DNA of 64,000 nucleotides from Minisyncoccota bacterium (GTDB lineage Bacteria; Patescibacteriota; Minisyncoccia; UBA6257; 02-FULL-45-10c): NCBI GenBank assembly GCA_036517155.1, contig DATDXY010000009.1, positions 2,141 to 66,140 of the forward strand, read 5' to 3'. Shown piece by piece: positions 58,932 to 64,000 of this stretch (position 1 is its first letter; each line of letters starts with the position of its first letter). The notes under the pieces were generated by a model. It saw only the letters and a program-made list of their open reading frames with translations, ran no database searches and was not told where the DNA came from. The position numbers and the translations under genes were made by a program.

Positions 58932-59642
58932 ATGGATATCGCTATTATCTATAAGGACAAAAATTTGTTAGTGCTGAATAAACCAAGCGGAGTGCTTGTA
59001 CACGCGTCTGGTTCTAAAGCAGTCAATCAGCGGCCGGAAGCAACAATAACCGATTGGCTATTAGAAAATTATCCAGAGGTGAAAAACATTGGCGATAATC
59101 CAACGCAACGTCCGGGTATTGTGCATCGATTGGACAGAGAAACCTCTGGGGTATTGATTATTCCCCGCAACCAAACTACGTTTGAGTATTTGAAAGGATT
59201 ATTCCAAACTCATCAAGTTTCTAAAACTTATACTGCTTTAGTGATGGGTTCGGTGATTGATGATGTGGGGATTATTGATAAACCGATTGGCATTAAGACC
59301 GGTACGACAAAAAGAAGCGTCCACAGCGATAAACTAGTAAAACCGGCGTTGACCGAATACAGAGTGATACGGCGCCTATTGATTCAAAAAAAGGAATGCA
59401 CCTTGCTTTCGGTCCAACCAAAAACCGGGAGAACTCATCAAATTCGGGTTCATCTTGCGGCCATTGGCCACCCGGTTGTTGGTGATAAAATTTATGGTGG
59501 AAAGAAAGCTTTAACACTGTCTTTAGATCGACATTTTTTGCATGCGTCTGCGATTGAATTTACCGCTCCGAGCGGAGAACGGGTTAAGCTCGAAGCAGAA
59601 TTACCGCCGGAACTTACTGTTTTATTAAAGTCAGCTCAATAA
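58932..59642 (+). CDS. RluA-family pseudouridine synthase
   Basis: HRLDRETSGVLII catalytic motif. Confidence 0.85.
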   Translation: MDIAIIYKDKNLLVLNKPSGVLVHASGSKAVNQRPEATITDWLLENYPEVKNIGDNPTQRPGIVHRLDRETSGVLIIPRNQTTFEYLKGLFQTHQVSKTYTALVMGSVIDDVGIIDKPIGIKTGTTKRSVHSDKLVKPALTEYRVIRRLLIQKKECTLLSVQPKTGRTHQIRVHLAAIGHPVVGDKIYGGKKALTLSLDRHFLHASAIEFTAPSGERVKLEAELPPELTVLLKSAQ

Positions 59643-61602
59643 TTTCTCTGGTTTTCAGGTCTTTATTTTCATAATGGAAAATCGTGGCATTGGACTCTTT
59701 CCATATAAAACCCAATGGAGCGCTAATGGTATATAGGAAATTACCTTGTACGCCGGATTGTTTTTCAAAAATGAATTGATAAAGCATATTTGGTGTTGGC
59801 ATTGTGGGTAGTTGATATTGGTATTGCAAAGAAAGAGTTTTGCTTTCTCCGGCGGGAATATTCAAGCGAGTGCCGAACGATGTTTTACCGAATTCGAAAC
59901 CCCGCCACATTTGGAAATTTTCTAAATAGTTTTCGCTATTTTCTATGGCAGCGAGATCGGGATCGACACGATAACCATTGCGGATATATTCATATGTGGT
60001 TTTGGTAGGCGGCTCGGTAGCGCCAATTACTTCGGATAATTGCGCATTCAACGGAACTAATATTTTTATATAATTTTTATTGGCAGTGTTGTACCACCAT
60101 TCGGTTTCATTTTGTCCGCTGTGGCTACGGGTGATATTGAGAGTATTGGTTACCCCGCCTTTTTCATCGAGCGCGCTTTCTAGCTTAATCTGTTGGTCAA
60201 TAAAAGCGTCCGTTTTTCCTCCGGCAAGATTGGCATTAATTACCATAAGATAATCCCCAATAAATGATTCTGGCAGAGCAGCAATCTCTCCGGCGATATT
60301 AAGATTGGAAACAAATTGTTGCATTTCCATATTTTTAAAATAAAGCAAAATATCTTTTCGCTCTAAATGTGATTTTAATTGATTCAAGAGTTCGTGTTTT
60401 TGATTCTCGTTGAGCGTTGCCATTTTCTCAATCAATAATGGCGTGAGAAAAGAAAGAACTTTTTTCGGATTTTGCCCGGGTTGGTGATCGCGGCCTGCTT
60501 CAATCTCGTATTGCAATTCTTGCAAAAAATTATCGGCATTGATCGTAAGACCATATTCTTTGATATCAATCGGACCAAGAAATGAGATAAGGGTTTTGAG
60601 GACGTTAGTGTTGATGGCAATGGCCCCAAAAAATTGCGTATTGGATTCTTGAAAAAGATCCGCTTGCTCTAAAAAAGTAATGACTTTTTTGGCGGAAGTA
60701 GGGAAGTTAGCGAACCAATTAGCATCCCGCGTTTCCCAGTCGCGCGTCAGCAATTGCATTTCTCGCGGCGGCACAACCTTAATGTCTAATTGCCGGTCAG
60801 CATTATAAATATCATCCACTTTTATTTCCTTGAGGTTGCCTTGCGTAAATGTCATATAGCCAAAGCTGCCAAGAAAACCGCCGGCTGGCCGGATTTCCGT
60901 TGGATTTTGAAACATTAAAAGGAAATGCTGCGGTTCTGAAGATTTGAAAATAGCCAATATCTCTCGAACAAAAGCCTCAGTATCTTTTAATTGATAGGTG
61001 ACTGGTGAGTAATTTTTTTCCAGAATATCCGATATGGACGCAAACGAAGCGGAAACAGTTTTTAATTTGCGAATTGCGACAGTTAATTGCGTAGTTTTTT
61101 CTTCAATAAGACTCAGGTGCTCGGCAAGTTGTTCCAGCGTAGTTAGGAGAGTTGGCCCTTCTTGTTGGTTGAATAATTCTAGGCTTGCGCCTTTGAGGGT
61201 GTTAATGTTGTTTGCCGCCGCAACGCTAAGCGTGCTGAGTTCCGAAGTGAGATTCAGCACCTCTGGAAAAGTTTTAATTCCAGGTAGGAAATTATTTAAA
61301 GATGTTATTAAGGCTGGCAAACCAAGACGTTCGGCATTGGATTTTAAGGAACTAATTTTTTGTTGGACATTATTTAACGAATCCGAAACCGCTTCGGTAT
61401 TTAATTCTTGGGCGGCAGAATGGGCATTGCGAAAATCACCGGTCAGCGAACGAATGTTCTCACTCACCAAGGTCTTAAAATGAAAGACATTGAGAGCATA
61501 GGCAAACAAAAAAATCCCACATATTGCGAAAATTAAAAACACGTGCCGCGGTTTTTCGGAAAAATCCGTAAAGGTAACTTTCGCCGGTGGCTTATCGGTC
61601 AT
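59614..61602 (-). CDS. DUF4012 domain-containing membrane-anchored extracellular protein
   Basis: 662 aa; N-terminal TM; hallmark EIRPAGGFLGSFG. Confidence 0.7.
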   Translation of the reverse strand: MTDKPPAKVTFTDFSEKPRHVFLIFAICGIFLFAYALNVFHFKTLVSENIRSLTGDFRNAHSAAQELNTEAVSDSLNNVQQKISSLKSNAERLGLPALITSLNNFLPGIKTFPEVLNLTSELSTLSVAAANNINTLKGASLELFNQQEGPTLLTTLEQLAEHLSLIEEKTTQLTVAIRKLKTVSASFASISDILEKNYSPVTYQLKDTEAFVREILAIFKSSEPQHFLLMFQNPTEIRPAGGFLGSFGYMTFTQGNLKEIKVDDIYNADRQLDIKVVPPREMQLLTRDWETRDANWFANFPTSAKKVITFLEQADLFQESNTQFFGAIAINTNVLKTLISFLGPIDIKEYGLTINADNFLQELQYEIEAGRDHQPGQNPKKVLSFLTPLLIEKMATLNENQKHELLNQLKSHLERKDILLYFKNMEMQQFVSNLNIAGEIAALPESFIGDYLMVINANLAGGKTDAFIDQQIKLESALDEKGGVTNTLNITRSHSGQNETEWWYNTANKNYIKILVPLNAQLSEVIGATEPPTKTTYEYIRNGYRVDPDLAAIENSENYLENFQMWRGFEFGKTSFGTRLNIPAGESKTLSLQYQYQLPTMPTPNMLYQFIFEKQSGVQGNFLYTISAPLGFIWKESNATIFHYENKDLKTREIIELTLIKQ

Positions 61603-61660
61603 ATTTTTACAATATCATAGGTTTGACTTTACTTATATAACCCATTATTATAAGGAAACT

Positions 61661-61987
61661 ATGATTCATGACTCAGTTTTGCCGAAAATAAAAGCCGGAG
61701 CAACCATTAAAGTCTTCGAAAAAGTGAAGGAAGGGGATAAGGAGCGAATTGCCCAGTTTCAAGGCTTGGTGATTGCCCGAAAACACGGTTCAGAGGCTGG
61801 GGCTATGTTTACGGTCCGAACAACGCTGGCTGGTGTTGGTGTGGAGAAGATTTTTCCGATTCATTCGCCTAAGATTGAAAAAGTAGAAATAATCAGTTCG
61901 CCGAAGAAGGTGAGCCGGGCGAAATTGTATTATATTCGCAAGCTTTCCCGAAAACAGACCCGACAAAAAATTGGAACCGCAAGTTAA
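61661..61987 (+). CDS. rplS: 50S ribosomal protein L19
   Basis: IKAGATIKVFEKVKEG...RIAQFQGLVIARKHG. Confidence 0.9.
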   Translation: MIHDSVLPKIKAGATIKVFEKVKEGDKERIAQFQGLVIARKHGSEAGAMFTVRTTLAGVGVEKIFPIHSPKIEKVEIISSPKKVSRAKLYYIRKLSRKQTRQKIGTAS

Positions 61988-61990
61988 TTT

Positions 61991-62025
61991 TAAGAATCCC
62001 GCTAAAAGCGGGATTCTTGTTTTTG
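61991..62025 (+). terminator. rho-independent terminator
   Basis: AAGAATCCCGC-taaaa-GCGGGATTCTT + GTTTTT. Confidence 0.8.
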
Positions 62026-62049
62026 ACGTGTGATTCGAATAGTATAAGA

Positions 62050-62136
62050 AGTACATTTCGCGCGGGTGGCGAAACTGGCAGACGCACTACCTTGAGGTGG
62101 TAGCGCTCGCAAGGGCTTGGAGGTTCGAATCCTCTC
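62050..62136 (+). tRNA. tRNA-Leu (anticodon GAG), type II, CCA encoded
   Basis: GCGCGGGTGGCGAAACTGGCAGACGCACTACCTTGAGGTGGTAGCGCTCGCAAGGGCTTGGAGGTTCGAATCCTCTCCCGCGCACCA. Confidence 0.85.
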
Positions 62137-62224
62137 CCGCGCACCAAAATATTGTATGTAACTGTGCAGAAACTAATTGCCTTTAATTCAGTTTCTATTT
62201 AAAATTTGAATAGACCAATCATTA

Positions 62225-64000
62225 ATGACTCAACGCTTTGAGTATTTGTTGCGTATTGTATTTTTAGCTATTGTAGCTGGAATTTTTGTACTTATATTGC
62301 AATCCGGATCAACAGCGACGGAAGTAGTTGGTTTAGTGCGTCAGGATTGTACCGGATATACAAATTGCTATGCTTCTTTGCAAGCGTGGGAAAATGCTTA
62401 TGGAGGAATTGATTTTGGCGCTTGTTTGCCGGGAGATTTAATTTGCTCGGACAAAATCGCTATCGCTCAAATTGATGGGCCTTGGAATAATGCCATTACC
62501 GCGACAGATGGTTCCGGTTTAACCATTAGTGGTTGGAAAACTGGAGCGAATAATTATATTAAAATTTATACCACTGCCGCAGCGCGGCATGCGGGTAAAT
62601 GGGACGCGACGAAATTTAGAATTACCTCTACTAATTATTTTCAAACTATTGATATAGCAACTAACCATGTTATTTTAGATGGTTTGCAAATTGAGAATGC
62701 CCGCATCGACACTGGTAGTTCTAGCGCGAATGGCGTAAAGTGGACTACTGCTTCTAGCAGTGTTGTTGCCCGGGTGCAAATTACCAATTCAATTATCAAA
62801 AAAACTAACCCTTATGTTACTTCTGGGAATATAGGAGTTAATTCGGATGCAAACAATAATGGTACTGGGAAAAAAATGGTTTTAGCCAATAATGTGATCT
62901 ATGGTTTTTCTCGGGGAGTAGATTACACAACAAAAATTAATGATGAATTTGTTGCTTATAATAATACCGTATATGACGCGCGTAATTATGCTTTTAGTTT
63001 TAGCCCATGGGCAGACGGGGACATTTTACGCCTGAAAAATAATCTTGTTGCTTCTAGTTCTGCCGCTTATGCCCAAGTTTCTCAATCTTCTTGGACTACC
63101 TTTGATACTGCTTCAAACATTTCTCCAGATGCCAGTTCGCCAAACTCTGCCTTTAGAAATAAAACTGTTAGTTTTATTAACGTTGCTGGAGAAAACTTTC
63201 ATTTAGTTTTTGGCGATGCGAATGCTTGGAATACAGGGTCAATCTTGACCAGCGATGCCTCTTTCCCATTGAGCGGCGATATTGATGGTGATGCAAGAAC
63301 CAGCGCTTGGGATATTGGCGCTGACGAGAGTATGTCAACTGACAGCGCACCGCCTTCAATACCCACCGGACTAACCGCAACGCCACTTTCTGCTTCTCAA
63401 ATCAATCTTTTTTGGAATGCTTCGACCGATGATAGTGGTGTGATTGGCGGTTATAATCTCTATCGCAATGGCTCGTCTTTAGGAAATTTACCTTCGAGTC
63501 CAACTACTTATAGTGATACTGGTTTGACCGAAGGCACCGCGTATACTTATACGGTTTCTGCCTATGACGCAAACAATAATTTTTCCGCCCAATCAACGCC
63601 GGTAATTGCAACAACTACCGTAGTGGACACGCAGGCGCCAAGCGTGCCGACAGGAATTTCCGCGACAGCGCTTTCTGCCACGCAAATTAGCATTTCCTGG
63701 AATTCTTCCACGGATAATGTAATTGTGGCGGGTTATAAAATATATCGTGGCGGATCTGAAATTTCGGCAACAACAAGTACTACATACATAGATGTTGGTT
63801 TGAATCCCAACACCAATTATTCCTATACCATATCCGCATATGATGCGACTAATAATCAATCAGCGCAGTCCTCTTCTGCAAATACGACTACATTGACGCC
63901 TAGTAATCCGGTTATCAGCGCAGTGAATGGCACGCTTACTCATAATCAAGTCGTCACCATTTCCGGTTCTAATTTTGGCGCGAAAAGCACAGCTGCTCCG
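62225..64000 (+). CDS. large secreted protein, 3'-truncated at window edge: N-terminal TM, parallel beta-helix-like region, at least two fibronectin type III repeats
   Basis: Manual translation MTQRFEYLLRIVFLAIVAGIFVLIL...; FN3-like units PSIPTGLTATPLSASQINLFWNAS...GYNLYRNG and PSVPTGISATALSATQISISWNSS...GYKIYRGG; open to end of window (absent from ORF track because it has no stop). Confidence 0.7.
   Translation, partial: MTQRFEYLLRIVFLAIVAGIFVLILQSGSTATEVVGLVRQDCTGYTNCYASLQAWENAYGGIDFGACLPGDLICSDKIAIAQIDGPWNNAITATDGSGLTISGWKTGANNYIKIYTTAAARHAGKWDATKFRITSTNYFQTIDIATNHVILDGLQIENARIDTGSSSANGVKWTTASSSVVARVQITNSIIKKTNPYVTSGNIGVNSDANNNGTGKKMVLANNVIYGFSRGVDYTTKINDEFVAYNNTVYDARNYAFSFSPWADGDILRLKNNLVASSSAAYAQVSQSSWTTFDTASNISPDASSPNSAFRNKTVSFINVAGENFHLVFGDANAWNTGSILTSDASFPLSGDIDGDARTSAWDIGADESMSTDSAPPSIPTGLTATPLSASQINLFWNASTDDSGVIGGYNLYRNGSSLGNLPSSPTTYSDTGLTEGTAYTYTVSAYDANNNFSAQSTPVIATTTVVDTQAPSVPTGISATALSATQISISWNSSTDNVIVAGYKIYRGGSEISATTSTTYIDVGLNPNTNYSYTISAYDATNNQSAQSSSANTTTLTPSNPVISAVNGTLTHNQVVTISGSNFGAKSTAAP

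Noticed and set aside
63177-63859. Two minus-strand ORFs (69 and 88 aa)
   Set aside because: Antisense to the long open FN3/beta-helix reading frame; Arg/Cys-rich translations typical of antisense artefacts.

Overview
The window reads as a compact, gene-dense bacterial chromosome segment with strong Shine-Dalgarno sites and many clean rho-independent terminators. By inference only, a small streamlined genome of an uncultivated lineage (possibly CPR/Patescibacteria-like) would fit: short RpoB, 23S-5S with no 16S in the window, many small membrane proteins.

Left to right:
- TsaD (partial).
- NAD-dependent epimerase, TPP-dependent E1 beta and alpha without E2/E3, then a divergently transcribed B12-binding radical SAM gene with a palindromic operator.
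- tRNA-Glu, DoxX, a GT2 glycosyltransferase, RecG, tRNA-Lys, a ZIP transporter.
- An operon of a small TM protein plus a 746-aa secreted protein with five tandem four-Cys modules followed by Gly/Pro- and Gln-rich tracts.
- A long minus-strand cluster: GerMN, DUF167, PduO-type adenosyltransferase, MazG, two tandem paralogous Gly-rich tail-fibre-like surface proteins sharing a 206-bp near-identical segment, peroxiredoxin Bcp, Gmad2.
- tRNA-Arg with a 23-bp duplication of its 3' end flanking an unassigned structured element, with two tiny 2-TM proteins upstream.
- CCA-adding enzyme, CDP-alcohol phosphatidyltransferase, tRNA-Pro.
- 2-Cys peroxiredoxin, a SOD-like protein with ligand substitutions, a GT-C-like membrane protein, tRNA-Ala.
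- A SAM methyltransferase, a hemolysin-III-like protein, a PQQ-type sugar dehydrogenase.
- A ~260-nt highly structured RNA of unassigned class, a TM-helix-repeat protein, and an aberrant tRNA-like element.
- A consensus promoter and leader (with an 18-bp inverted repeat) driving 23S and 5S rRNA.
- A second consensus promoter plus boxA-like motif and ~300-nt structured leader ahead of a cell-wall operon (hypothetical, FtsW/RodA, MltG).
- rpoB, rpoC, rpsF, ssb, rpsR, PAP2, rsmE, a reversed-order HldE-like bifunctional enzyme, family-4 UDG, tRNA-Leu.
- ParB without ParA, a lamin-tail-domain protein, rel, topA, dprA, a PilO-like protein.
- tRNA-Ile and tRNA-Val, an ECF sigma factor plus membrane partner, RluA, DUF4012, rplS, tRNA-Leu.
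- A 3'-truncated beta-helix/FN3 secreted protein at the window edge.

No CRISPR array, integrase or transposase was seen.

The most unusual material is the two unassigned structured RNAs, the tRNA-Arg duplication scar, the Cys-module repeat protein and the gene-converted surface-protein pair.
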